The position numbers and the translations under genes were made by a program. Under the pieces are notes generated by a model, which saw only the letters and a program-made list of their open reading frames with translations, had not been told where the DNA came from and did not search any database. This document shows positions 12,296 to 25,400 of a stretch of DNA of 64,000 nucleotides, piece after piece. This DNA comes from Paragordius varius (taxonomy: Eukaryota; Animalia; Nematomorpha): positions 13,764,001 through 13,828,000 of the forward strand of contig OZ176051.1 of assembly GCA_964247055.1 (NCBI GenBank), read 5' to 3'. Numbering within the stretch: position 1 is the first letter of the stretch; each line of letters begins with the position of its first letter.

Positions 12296-14023
12296 CGATA
12301 TTGAATTGTCAAAATAATGTTCGAATGACACTTGCGTTTCACTAATAAAGTCATGTTTTTTCTAAAAGATTGTATTATACATTTTTTGATATTTATTTAC
12401 AAATATTTTTAATCAAATTTAATCAAGAAATTTGTTTTAAAATGAATTTTGCCTTATGTTTGTGGCGTTCTGAATCTTCAAATACATAGCTTTTAATACT
12501 GGATATTTCAAATAAAATTTTACCTAGTTTGTTTTACACTTTCTTTCATCATTAAATATCCTATTATAGGATGTTTTTTATTTTATTGGTTCACATATAT
12601 GGAATAATTGCATATTTTACAATGCGCTTGATTGTTTTGTTTTTCGAAATAACTGGATATGCTTAAATGCTAATGTATTAAGGATGCATGTTTAACAATA
12701 TTATATTGTTAAATAAGCATATTTAAATATTTAAAATATATTTTTCAAAAATTATATTAAAAAACAATTAAATCTTAATATCTTTCTCCCAAAAAAAAGT
12801 ACTAGCAATTTTTCAAAAAACAGCTGTTTTTTTAAAATGACCATGGTCAAGAAATAAATAGTCACTTGGTCATGACTCGGTCAATTGACCGGGTCATGAC
12901 TTGGTCAGCACAACCCTATATATTGTATTTGCATTTTCAGTCCTATGTTGGTAATCTAAGATATCTTTTTCTAAGCCTATTTATCTTTTGAAAGCCCGCA
13001 TAATTGTGTTAAAACTCCTGCTATAAACCATTATTGATGGTAGTTTCACAAATATGACTTAATAGTCCTAGTATTTGATTGTGGCTTAATTTATAGTATG
13101 CAGCATAGCAAACAGCTTTAAAGTGTTATAAAATTCTTATTTAAATTATATGGAGGTTTAGCAAGTTTTTGCTTTTTTAGTTTTATATGGGAGTATGATT
13201 TATTTAGGATGGAGTCCTAACCAGTGATTATTTAACCACTAAATTAAATGTTATTTTACCGAAAACATAAAACATTATTAATTCTTGTTGTTAAAACTTG
13301 GAATAAAGTCGATTTGTTGATATTTGTGTAATTTCCCCCCGTCTGTAAGGTTTGATGTGATGGAAATGAATAATGATTCATGTAACACAAGAACATAACA
13401 ATGTTTCGAACGAAACTATTTATTTGACATAACAAGTAAATGAAAAAAAAAATTATACTGCCAATAAATAAATTTCATGTATCTCCCCTTATAAACCGGT
13501 GTCATATAATTTGGTTTTATTGAATTTGGCTCACGTAATTTCGGTTGTAAAGCTAACTGTTATATTAGCATAGACTGTTATATTCTTTATAAAATACATA
13601 AAAAATAGAAGATAAAGTTTCATAAAAATTGTTACGCCACTGATACATTATAAAGTTTTTATTAATAAAAAATACTTATATAAAAAATGATCATACATTG
13701 TTTTAATTTTTATCAAAATTCACAAATATAAAAAATTAAATAAAAAAGATAATATTGATTCTATTATCAAATTATATAAAATATATATACCTTCATTACA
13801 AATCTCAAAATTTCTGAGTAATCTCAATATACCACGCCGATGACTAATTATTGTCTGATTCTAAAAAATATTTCATGGGATTTTAAAAGCTACAAAATAA
13901 TCTAATCTTCTTATTCTATGTGGATAAACCGAGCGAGGTATGTATCGTATGCATAAAACATAAGATTTACAATGTTTGATGGGTATAGAATTTAATTTAC
14001 TATATATATAATAAGCTCTGTAC

Positions 14024-14357
14024 CAGGAATCAACAAGCGGCCCGCGGGCCGATCCGGCCCTACAGCCCTCGAAATATTTTAAAAAACACAAATAATTAGT
14101 AATTAAAAAGAATGCTATATACAATAAGCAAAATTGATGCTTTTTTAACGGATTTTCTTTTTACATCCCAAATTTCGGCAATTAAGGCAAAAAATGTTCA
14201 AATATATATATTTATATTGTGTTTGTAATTTGTTTTACAATCTTATGGTTGGTTAAATTACAACAAAATATTTATTAATTCTCATATAATTTTCGAATGC
14301 GTCCGGCCAGGTTTTTAAAGTAAAAATGCGGCCAGCTATTTGTGTTGGAGACCCCTA
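14024..14357. mobile_element. hAT (Charlie-like) MITE of a GCGGCCCGC-containing family
   Basis: Starts CAGGAATC..GCGGCCCGCGGGCC and ends GTTGGAGACCCCTA. Near-perfect 8-bp TSD CTCTGTAC / CTCTATAC (14016-14023, 14358-14365). Confidence 0.75.
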
Positions 14358-15544
14358 CTCTATACGCTTATAACACATTATATACACATCACATTTAACA
14401 CATAATGTATGAAATAGAACAACGTATACATTTTTGTTTAATCCTTATTGGATTGCAAGTTTAGTAAATTAAATGGCTTATATTTTTTTATTTCCAATTA
14501 CTAATTATTATTAATGATACATAGGGAGAGAAAGGACTTTTTCTCGCTATTGAGACAAATAAGTTTTTTACAAGGTCGTATTAAAGAGACCTCTTATTCT
14601 AAATGGTGTATTAACAATAGCCAAAACTTTTAATCTATATATTTATAAAATTATTAATAAATGCTTTAAACTATCTCCATCAAGTTTAGTTAATTTTTAA
14701 TAGTATTCATTTGTGGACAGTTATAATTATAAGCGATTTCTGATCTTGAAATTCGTCATTTTTAAATAAAATACTGATTTCTAAAAGGATTGGAAAATAT
14801 AATAAGCACATATCGTAACATACAACATATAGTTTTTACAAAAAATATATGAACAACTTATTTATACATGGTAACTATCAATATTAATTCTCAATTGACT
14901 ATAGTCAATAATGACTTTAAGCACTCAAAAAAATCTGTTTGTTAGCTTAATTTGCAAAGCTGATAATGGTAGTTATTGTAAAATATTAATTTCGATTTAG
15001 TTTATTTTTTGAAAAAAAATAGTTAAACATTTTTAAATGTATAAACTCGGGACGTTAATGATCTACTGATTAATTGTTTTCGAAAAAATCTATTTACATT
15101 TGTAATATAAAAATTTATTATATATAAATATACCACACTTGTGCACCCTAAGGTTTTGCTTCTTGTATAATACGGTAGTAATATAAAAACAAGATCAATA
15201 TGTGAGAAATTACTTTAGTATTTGGAATCATTATCGGATTCTTTGGCGACACGTTAAATCTCAAGCAAAGGCTAGATTTTTTGAATATTTTCAGGTGTTT
15301 TTTAATGTTTCTCTTATTACTAGTATATAAAGTTGGGATTTTTAGCTTTTAGCAAAAATAGTCAAAAAACTGAAATGTGATTCTTTTTTTGTATCTTCGC
15401 CTTAATTTTTAATTATGGCGCTTGTCCTCCAAATTTTTGGGATTTTGAAGGCTATCACCGAGTGCCTATTTCTATCTATTAAAAATTGTAAAATTTTCAC
15501 TATTAAAAATCTGATAAAAGGATTAATGACCTAAAGTATATATA

Positions 15545-16828
15545 CACTGTGTACAAAAAGATTTTAAACAAAAAAAACAAAAGAATTCTCATAAGATGGC
15601 TTATGACCAGCATATTCATTTGCCGCAAAAATTGACAACCTACTTTTTGAAATATTGAGAGAAAATCAAAATCGGGCAAAAAGCGAAAATTAAGTATTAT
15701 TAAAGTTTCAAAAATAAATGATAAAATTTGAAATATTATGGTTTTATCATTTTAGTATATATTTTCAATATATAAATAGCCTAAAATCATATAGTTAAGG
15801 TTTCTATAAAATTTCAACTCAAAATATGGCGTTTTTCTCTTTTACACACTTAAAAGACAGAAAAATTTTAATGAAACAAAATTTCAACTCAAAAGATGGC
15901 GTTTTTCTTTTAACACACTTAAAAGACAAAAAAATTTTAATGAAACCATATTAAAATAATTCTTTTACCTAAAATTATTTAAATCTTAATCATGTTTTAT
16001 TCTGTAAAAAAATTTATATACTAAATTAAATCAAAAATATTGTTTTTTATTTTCGCATTTTTTTTCATCTGGTTTATGAGTGTATAAAAAAATTATACTG
16101 TTTTCTTTTGAATCTTACATGCGTGGGAAAAATAAAGTTGCAAAATAGTATATAAAATTGGTGGAATATCAACCAACAATCCGCACAAATTTCAATAAAA
16201 ATATTAATTTGTCTTAAAACATACTTGTTACAGGGATTTGTAAGGATTGTTGGTTGATATTCCACTACTTTTAAATTCTTTGCATAAATTATATACTCAA
16301 AAATTCCCACTCGTGTAAGATTCCAAACTAAAACAGTATAAACTTGTTATAAACTGATAAACCAGATAGAAAAATGCGAAAATAAAAAACAATACTTTTG
16401 GTTTAATTTTAATAAATTTTTTTTTACTGAATAAAATATAAATATTAAGAATTTAATAGTGAGTTTAGGTATTAAATAATTAAAAAAAAATATTTCATTA
16501 TAGTCTCATTAAAATTTTAAGTCTTTTAAGTGTGTTAAAAGAAAAACGCTATCTTGCTTAAATTTTATTGAATTCCTAACTATATGATTTTAGGCTATTT
16601 ATATATTGATAGTATATCCTAAAATGATAATAAACCATAATATCTCAAATTTTATCATTATTTTTTGAATTTCCCTAATTATCCTTAAATTTCACTTTTT
16701 GCACGAGTTCGATTTTCTCTCACTATTTCAAAAACTAGGTTAATAAATAAAAATTTTTGCGGCAAATGAATACGCTGTTCATAAGCTATCTCATAAAAAA
16801 ATTTTTGTTAAATATTTTTTGCACATGG
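15545..16828. mobile_element. Foldback element with ~550-bp imperfect inverted arms and ~175-bp spacer
   Basis: Left arm ~15545-16130 and right arm ~16304-16828 are reverse complements (e.g. catattcatttgccgcaaaaatt vs aatttttgcggcaaatgaatacg; gaatcttacatgcgtggg vs cccactcgtgtaagattc). Flanked by TA at both ends, consistent with a Tc1/mariner-type target. Confidence 0.75.
15811..15947. repeat. Tandem duplication of a ~68-bp unit in the left arm of the foldback element
   Basis: aatttcaactcaaaa(t/g)atggcgtttttct..acacacttaaaagaca.aaaaattttaatgaaac occurs twice in tandem; the right arm has one inverted copy. Confidence 0.8.
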
Positions 16829-17543
16829 TATATATATTAGATATTTATCCTGAAGGTTTCAGTTAATGATGATTTAATTTGTCATTTTACGTTTTCCAAG
16901 TATGAGGCCTTAAAAAACTAATTAAAATGCCGCCTCTGTCAACAAAAAAGCACATTTATTTTAAAAGCATTGTATATCTATTCATAAATATCAAAAATGA
17001 CTCATTTTTGAGTCATCAACATTTTTAGATTTTAATAGTTGAAACTATTTTATACCTATATATATTTATATTGAATATTTGCTAAAACTAAAAATTTATA
17101 TTTTGACAAGGACCAAATAAGACATATGAAATTTAAAATGAAACCAACCTTTTCGTAATAAAATGCTATTCATTAGACTTATAAAGTATACAATCAAAAG
17201 TGACATATATAGTAATGAGTTTTTTTGTTAAACAAAAATCTATCATTGATTTACTGATTTAAATTATAATACAGTATATCTTTAAGCATAATATCAACTT
17301 TATAGCAAATTAAAAGATTAGATAACAATATAAATATGGCGCCTAGGTTGAAATGTTCATGCACCTGTAATAACGTAACAATTAATATATATATATATAT
17401 ATATTTACTTTATGAATTTTTAATGCATTCATTATATTCTTTCACTCTTAGAACATTTAGTACAGTTAAATTTAAGGTTATCAACTAAAATGATAATATA
17501 TTGATATTATAGAAATAATTTATCAATTTTATTATTTAAAGAG

Positions 17544-17828
17544 CAGGGGCGGCTATATGCGGCCCGCGAAAAAAATGCAATCCATAATTTAGAAAAAAAT
17601 ATGTTCATAAAAATCTTGGCTCAATTGATATTTTTTAAATATTTTTTTAAACAAGAATATCCAACTAACAAGAGGGAGAAAAATTGTTCCATTTCGTTTT
17701 CTTTTAGTAATCTTATCTATGATATCAAACTAATTATTAATGAATGCCCATAAATATTTCAAATAAGACCCGTCGTAATTTATTAGCTAAAATGCGGCCT
17801 GCAAAGTCATTTGTTTTGGACACTACTG
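17544..17828. mobile_element. hAT MITE, GCGGCCCGC family, older copy
   Basis: CAGGGGCGGC..GCGGCCCGCG start and aaatgcggcctgc..ttggacactactg end, similar to 14024-14357. TSD degraded. Confidence 0.55.
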
Positions 17829-17829
17829 T

Positions 17830-17990
17830 TTAAATTCTCCTTTTTTTATTAGAAAAGGACCTAAATTGTAATCAGGACTTAAAAGCTCTAACGCTCACTC
17901 ACCCAAGGTTACACTGATGATGATAAACTTCGTAGTATTGGGGTTTGAACTCTAATCACAATACACACAGTTTAAGAGTCCGGCCCTAAA
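17830..17990 (-). mobile_element. Degenerate copy of tRNA-derived SINE
   Basis: Reverse complement (ccggactcttaaactg..gttcaaacccc..catcatcagtg..tacaatttaggtcc..aataaaaaaagga) aligns with the SINE at 45272-45470. Confidence 0.6.
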
Positions 17991-18403
17991 AGATTTCACA
18001 GGTCTTGATGCATTTTAACTCCTACCGTTAAACCCTCTAAACTATAACTTTTTTAGTCTCAGATTACCTATTATAACTATTAAGCGTTTATGATTTTTCG
18101 GGTAAGAAAATTACTTAGATTTAGATGACAAACAAAATATTTATTAAATTTTTAATTAAAATATTAAATATTTGAAAATGTCCTAAGAGATATATGTTCT
18201 TTTAGAAAACTTATGGTAATACGAATTAAAGCTAATTTCATACTTAACGACCAAGATATTAACTTTATGTGATTGAAAACAAAAATCTGATGTAATGTTG
18301 AAGTATCTAAACTTTAAAATTAAACTATTACTTGGATATATTTAACATACTAACAGTAAATATGTAGATTATTCAAATATTTTTATAAATTTATAGTTAC
18401 AAC

Positions 18404-19064
18404 TAGGGTTGTACCGACCAAGTTATGAGCCGGTCATTATTTTTTGACAATGGTCAGTTAAAAAACAGCTGTTTTTTAAAAAATTAGTAAATTTTTTTTA
18501 AAGAGAGATATTAGGATTTTATTGTTTTTTAATATCATATATAAATATTTAAATATATTAAATAATCGATATTTTATACTTATTTAACAATATGAAAAAT
18601 TGTTAAAATGCATTCTTATAACATTAACATTTAAGCATATCCAGTTATTTCAAACAACGAAACAATCAAGCCTTGTTCAAAATATGCAATTACATATGTG
18701 GGAACCAATAAAATGAAAAAACATCTTATATTTGGATATTAATTCATTGAGAAAATACATCTAAACTACGTAATTTTTTTTTTAAAATCCAGTATTGAAA
18801 GCTATGTATTCGAAGATTTAGAATGCCATAAACATGTGGCAAAATTCGTTTGAAAATAAAATTCTTGATTAATTTTGATTGAATTTTTGTAAATAATAAA
18901 TATCAAAAAAATATATAATACAAACTTTTTAAAAAACATGACATTTTTCACAATCTCTAATATCGCATGATATTTACTTTATAAAACAGGTCATGACAAT
19001 GGTCATGACCATGGCTGACTGGGTCTGACCGGACATTTTTGAAAAAACAGTCAAATGCCACCTA
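18404..19064. mobile_element. Non-autonomous hAT element (TAGGGTTG family), uninterrupted copy
   Basis: Starts TAGGGTTGTAC. Internal sequence matches the reverse complement of 12295-12918 and 9362-9445. Degenerate TSD GTTACAAC / TGTACAAC (6/8). Confidence 0.85.
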
Positions 19065-22000
19065 TGTACAACCATAAATTAATTTTTTGTTTTAATACCA
19101 TTAAAATTAATGCTCTTATCGATCCAAAACTCACATCTTTTTCAGATCCTTATAGTCGATGTGGTTAAGAAGTATTTTCAAGCAACTTTTTATATTTCCC
19201 ATTGTGTTGCGCTTTAGTAGGTAAATCCAGCCATGGCTATTTGGTAAGAGACACCTAAATAAATCTGCGCCTACTATCAATGTTTAAATTTATTTTCTTG
19301 GCCACATATTTTACAAAAAAATATAAAAAAAAATTTACGATATATTCTAAATTTTCACATTAAATAATGTAATTTTAGCTTCACGGTTTGTTAAGCTATG
19401 TCGACTAATAAATAATTTCACAGTCATTTTGACATGTTATAAAACATTATTCGCTGTTAGAATCTGTGATAGTTATCGGTAAAATATACCCTATAAATTC
19501 ATCCCACGAACAATTCAAAATTGAAGTTGCGATGGGAAAAGTACTATCAAATTCGAAAAAAATAACTTTTTATTTTTGCCATTTTGAAACGGTATATTAC
19601 TAAAAATATTATTACTATAGTCGTAAGTTAGCATTGGATCTACCAAAAACAATTCATTAAAATTAAGTGAATTGAAAATGCCATAAGCCAATATAATTTT
19701 GTTTTTTTGAATTAAAACGAAAATAGTTTACTGTATACTCATTTATAAAATTAATAATTGTAAGTGTTTTCACTCAATTTGCTAAACCAGCCATTGCTAT
19801 CAAGGTTAGGTGAGTGATTTTATATGACCATAACTTTACATTTTATTGAAAAAAATATGGATTATTTTTTTAATCATTCATTAATATATATAAATTATTG
19901 GGTAGCCTATTAATTGAGATAGAAAATAAGTTACCTTAAATCACACTTGTTAATAAGATTTTATTTAAATGGGTACAATATATATTTTAAGAAAAACAAT
20001 TTAAATTTTGGCGGACAGTGTATATAAAATTGTATTTTCGAATATTAATTTCGTTTATGACCACCTAAACAGTAAACTAATGAGTGAATTACTTATCAAT
20101 TTATAATTCTATTCTGGCACAATTAAGGAAAATACTTTTTGTAATATTATTGTAAATGATAGAATAAGACTGGTCGAATAAATTTAAAAATATTTGTGCA
20201 TAATAACCAAGATAAACGATTTTAAATAAAAATATAAATATTTATAAAAAAAAATAATTGACTAATTTATCTAGTTAAAAAGGGCACCCCAAACTACTTT
20301 CAAATTTGGAGCCTTATTTACTCTCTTTTACAAGAGACAATATATTTTCATTTATAAAAGCGTGAAAATATCATAATAAGTTTAAATGAAGAAAATTAAA
20401 TTTCATATTGCCTTTAATATCAAACCTAATCATAACAAAAGAGTTAAAAAAACTTTTTTAAAAACAGCTTAGTGAAAATTAGTTTTTTTAAATAATTTAT
20501 AAACATGATTTTATTCTGAGGAGAGTCTGGCTATCAACATCAAACTTCGTTTTCACCCTAATGGCAAATTATGTAACTAATAAACTATTAGATTATTCCG
20601 ATGCTTTTTGTTGAACAAAAAGTCTCATTTTAATAACAACGTGTTCAACAAATACCTAGCCATATCAATAAGCTATCTAACAAAATGTAAAACACACTCC
20701 TTTTTGATTGAAATTATTTTTTTTAAAGCGGATTATGATTTATAATACATGGTCAAACCGTAAATTATTTAAATTATACATTTTTGTTTTTGACAACACT
20801 GAAAAATATCTATCATTTTTAAGATGATAGAAATCTTTAACGACATGCGAATTATGCATAATGTTATTGTAATTCAAAGGGGTTGTCGTAAAAAATCGCA
20901 ATTTTTTTTAAACACATTGACAAATTTTGCAAATATTTCAGTTAATTTATAGAAAATATTTATTTTGATGATATAATCATTATCGCTAATAAGTAAGGAG
21001 GGAACCCAAAACTGATTAAAAAAATGTATATAATATTTGGTGTTTATATAATATGGATATTAACACAAAAATTGTTTTACCATGCAAAGCTTAGACTGTA
21101 TAACTGTAATTACACTGAATATGTTTTAAGTAATTTCAAGCTGGAAAAGGAGAAAAATATATCCAGATAAATTGGCCATTGTATTTGTTGATAGTGTTAT
21201 GTAATTACTTTTTTTTAAAGTAATAGACATTATAATAGGATTTTTATTTTTTATATAAAAATAAAAGTAAACCATTTAAACATAATTATAATATAATTAT
21301 AATGTCCTTGTTTTGTCGCATCATGCGAAAAAAATTTGTTGGCAGTTAGCTTAATTCATTAATATTTTTTGGTAAACTGTTATAAAATTTAATTTAATGG
21401 CTTATTTCATTTTTATTTTTATTTAATGGACACTCATTTATACGTCTCAAATGAAAAACACTTAATTGGTCCTTAATTGTCCCTGACACGTTTATGATAA
21501 AAGACCTAAATACTATAAAGTAAGGTAACAAGTATATAATTTCAATTTAATATTTTCGCAAAAATGTTAAAAATTTTGGACGAGGATAGTAAGATCTTTG
21601 TATGCATTATTTCTAATTGAATAAAACAGATAAAGATCCCTTTTTGACATTAGCCCTCTAAGCATTAAGATTACATTTAGAGCAATGTATATACTCTTTC
21701 AAACTTTAACGTTGATGAAACAGTTTTCAAAAACTATAAATATATTTATATATATATATTTCATGAATCAGAGTACATACGAAGTTGTCCTATATTACCC
21801 TCTGTTACAAATTCCTGTTGTTCGACACGATCATAGGTAGAATTATCATATATCACTGGGCCAATAATATAAAATATTTAACGATTGGAGGCGAGGTTTT
21901 ATTGTGTTTATTCAAAAAAGCGCTTTTACCTCCTATGTCAACTATTTTGCTAATGTTATACATTTTCCGATGCATTCAGCCACATTATTTTTTTGGCGGC

Positions 22001-24929
22001 GTTTTCAGAGTGAGCCCCAATATTAAGTTTATTTAAAAAACAAACTAAATGACCTACTTATCGATAATAGCTAAAACCCTTATTAACTTGCGTACGATTT
22101 TTAGATATTTCATTTCGCATTTATTTCATATGTGGCGTTAAAGGGTGGTTCCTTAGCCCTAGACTAATATTACTAAAGTCTAATAGATTTTTTAATGAAA
22201 TGCATTAACTTTTTAGAATAACAATGTGACATAAGGAAGCTTATCTTAAACCAACACTTGACCGAAATTTTTGCCTTCTATCATTGATTTGAAGGCCGGC
22301 TAATTATACGAAGTTGCTTTAAAGTTAAGTTCGTATCCCCCTGTTCTTGACAAATATAAATAATTTAACACTATTATTTTATTGGTTAATTAGTTTTCCA
22401 ATAAAATGCAATAAAGCCACGTTATTTTTATAAGGTCACGTATTTACCTAATTGGCCCTATCATTTAACCATGATCTCATTAAAAAAGCATCACTATCAA
22501 ATTTTTTCCTAACCGCTTTCAAGCAATGATTTATATATAATGGCATTTTTAACCTAGTTAATGCCCTAACCATCTGTTGAATAAAATATTCACTGAACCA
22601 AAATAATTGACTTCCTAAATTTTAAATATGCATCAGAGTCAGGTTATTTTTATAAGCGTGTATGAAGCTTTACCCATAGAGTCATAAAAAGCGCCTGAAC
22701 AATTGCCTTTATACAGGAAGTATCCAATATTTTATACATTTTCTAAAAATGGCTTCACGGTTATGTGTTTTCGGTAGCGTATATCTAACGAGCGTTGTCT
22801 CAACTATAAACTAAGCAAATATGTGTAGTAAAACTTTTGTCGTTGAGATATTAATTAACATGAGGCTACTTTCATATACTCTATATAAATGGTCCAACGC
22901 TTTATCCGTATTACACAGCCATTATCTTAGGGTCTTCTAATAAACCGGACCCTAAAGGGCTAATTTGGAAATGTTTTATGATATATGCCTTTTTTTTCTA
23001 ACAAACCATTATCAAAAAAGATTATTTAAGATAATCAAAAAGTTGCTCCGAAGCCACGGGGTATAACAGTGTGTTTGAGCCCCTATATGATATTGGATAA
23101 ATCTTTCTTCTAACTTAAATAGCTGGAATATTGCTAAAATGGTAAAATTTTCCGATTCCTTTGCGATTCAGGATTTATATAGTGGCGTTCTGTTAATAGG
23201 TTGGGGTATTGAGGATGGGCTTATCAAAATACCCACCATTTTTTTCTTTTTTATATAAAATATCGAAAATAGATTTCTATTATTCTTTAAGTTATCCCAA
23301 AATTTTTTTTATCTCTAGGTCAATAAATATATGCTTGATTATTTACTTTATCACGGTAAAAATAACTTTTAAAATGGTAGCGTTTTTAGGATAGACCCCT
23401 AATCATGAGCTTATTAGCGATTGGTTTTTAGATTTCTGTGAGATAATTGTCATTTATTGAATTGATAAATATAATGTAATGTTTTACCAAAAGTTGGTTA
23501 GGAGCCTTATTTTTTATATGGTGATTATCATGAGTTGGATTCCTCACCAAAAATTAATTGAACTTATATTGATTTTTATTAGTCTTGTTAATTTTTCAAA
23601 CAAATATGTTTATTTATGCTATGGGTCGCACACAGGGGCAAATTCAAAGTGCCGACCATGTTTGGGGCATTTGTACATTTTTAATTATAAATAAAAAAAA
23701 TGGTAAACACAATTATTTGGGATTCTAATATCCATTTTTATGTACAGGTTCGGCTTAGGACCAATATTTAAATTATGAAATTAAAAGTTTGAGTAAAACC
23801 ATCTTTATTCTGAATTTGATTTAGCACGCTTAGTGGTCGAATTCGACCTAATTCATTACCCATCTACATAAATCAGGATATGTTTCTTTTATTATTATTT
23901 TATATATATATTAAATGAAACTGTGTGCACTTGGTAATTAAAAAGGTTGTCCCAAAAGGTACGTCTCTTGTAATTGTTTACTTCATAAAGTTCTATTATG
24001 AGCTAAGTTCATATCTAATTTGTACTCTAGATCCTCTTGAATTGTCTGCAGGTATGTTTTATGGGGTCTGTTAATAATAAAGATAATATCAAACTTCCAT
24101 TTTCTAATTATACGTCATATGATAATGTCATCCCTCAATGATTCATATCTTTTTTATTCTTTTATAGTGTTATATCCAACGGTGTTAAGATCTTATATGA
24201 TCCATACTTTATGCCAATTTTAATAACAAAATCGTAAGTTATAACTAAATTGCTACATTTTTAAATTTGATAAAAATTAATTTGGATCATATTTAACCTA
24301 CTTAGTTTATGGCATCTTGTTCCATTCTCAAATTATATCATAAAAAATTGTAAAATCAGATATATATGAGACATTAATTTAATATTTTTTTTTCATTGTT
24401 CTAGCGGCACAAATTAATTTGTTTGTATTTGTTGTTAGCATTTGTCCAGATAATTGGTTTATAACTGCCTTTTGAAAAAAACGGCGCTTGAAGTAAATAT
24501 GAAAAAGCAATACACTTTGGTATTATTGCAAATTTGTTCAATGATGATTATTCTGTTTATCTAAAAAATTATAAGCATAGTATTTATGTTGGAATTATTT
24601 GACCTTTAAGCCAATCTCTGTTTAATAATAATAATAATGTATACATTTATATAAAGCATTATATATTTTTTTCCATCTCCTAGTAGAAGGTATAATATAT
24701 TTCATGGTTAAATAAGTATGTCTTTGGGAATGTATGTTAAGTGGTTTTTAATCAAATTATCAGGTTTAATTTAATTAAATTATTTTTATATATAAAGTTT
24801 TAAATACAAGCGTTAAATAGCTGTTTATAACAAATCTCAAAATCTATGTTTTACGAAATTTATCTATAAAGAAATGCATCGTTATAACCTTTCATAATAT
24901 ACGTCGTTAGTTATGTTTGCCGTATATTA

Positions 24930-25400
24930 AAATAATGTTTATTTTAAATGATATCTTAAACCTTATGTTCCAGAACTGTTTATGTGCCTTTCAGTGCATT
25001 AAATGATGCGTGGAGCTTTTTTAACTGGCTTCCACCTATCCCATCTCTCAGGCAATAATAATATATAAATGTCCCAGAAAAACTGATTGTCTTTTATAAA
25101 CCATGAGACTACCAGAACGCCCATATTATATCTCAACTTTTGATATTTGAAAGCATGTTTGGCTGGGTTAGTCGATAGAGCCTGGTTCATATGTTTCTCA
25201 CCAAACGATAACTTTAAGTAGCCTTTTTTCTAATGCGTGCCTCAAATGTTTTTCTTCAAGCACAACTTTCTCATGAGAATAAAAAAAATACACTAGTTTT
25301 TCACAAACCTAACTTGTCTGATGAACAAAATGGGGTTTGTATCAGTTTAATCAATCGTCTGTCTATATATAATCGAGTAAAATCTTCTAACTACACCTAG
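24930..25400 (-). pseudogene. Decayed Tc1/mariner transposase fragment
   Basis: Frame-broken pieces IDRRLIKLIQ.PFCSSDKL, FEARIRKK, YGRSGSLMVY resemble the Tc1 HTH, KKP linker and GGGSVMVW regions. Many stops and frameshifts. Confidence 0.4.

Larger units (their letters stand above)
9362..12918. mobile_element. Non-autonomous hAT element (TIR TAGGGTTGTGC) interrupted by an RTE LINE
   Basis: Begins TAGGGTTGTGC (9362) and ends GCACAACCCTA (12918). Perfect 8-bp TSD TATATTGT at 9354-9361 and 12919-12926. Segments 9362-~9445 and ~12295-12918 align in reverse with uninterrupted copies at 18404-19064 and 57343-57959. Confidence 0.9.

Noticed and set aside
22640-22900. Possible hAT (GTF2IRD2-like) transposase C-terminal relic (ASRLCVFGSVYL)
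   Set aside because: Similarity too short and frame-broken to support without a search; no termini found.
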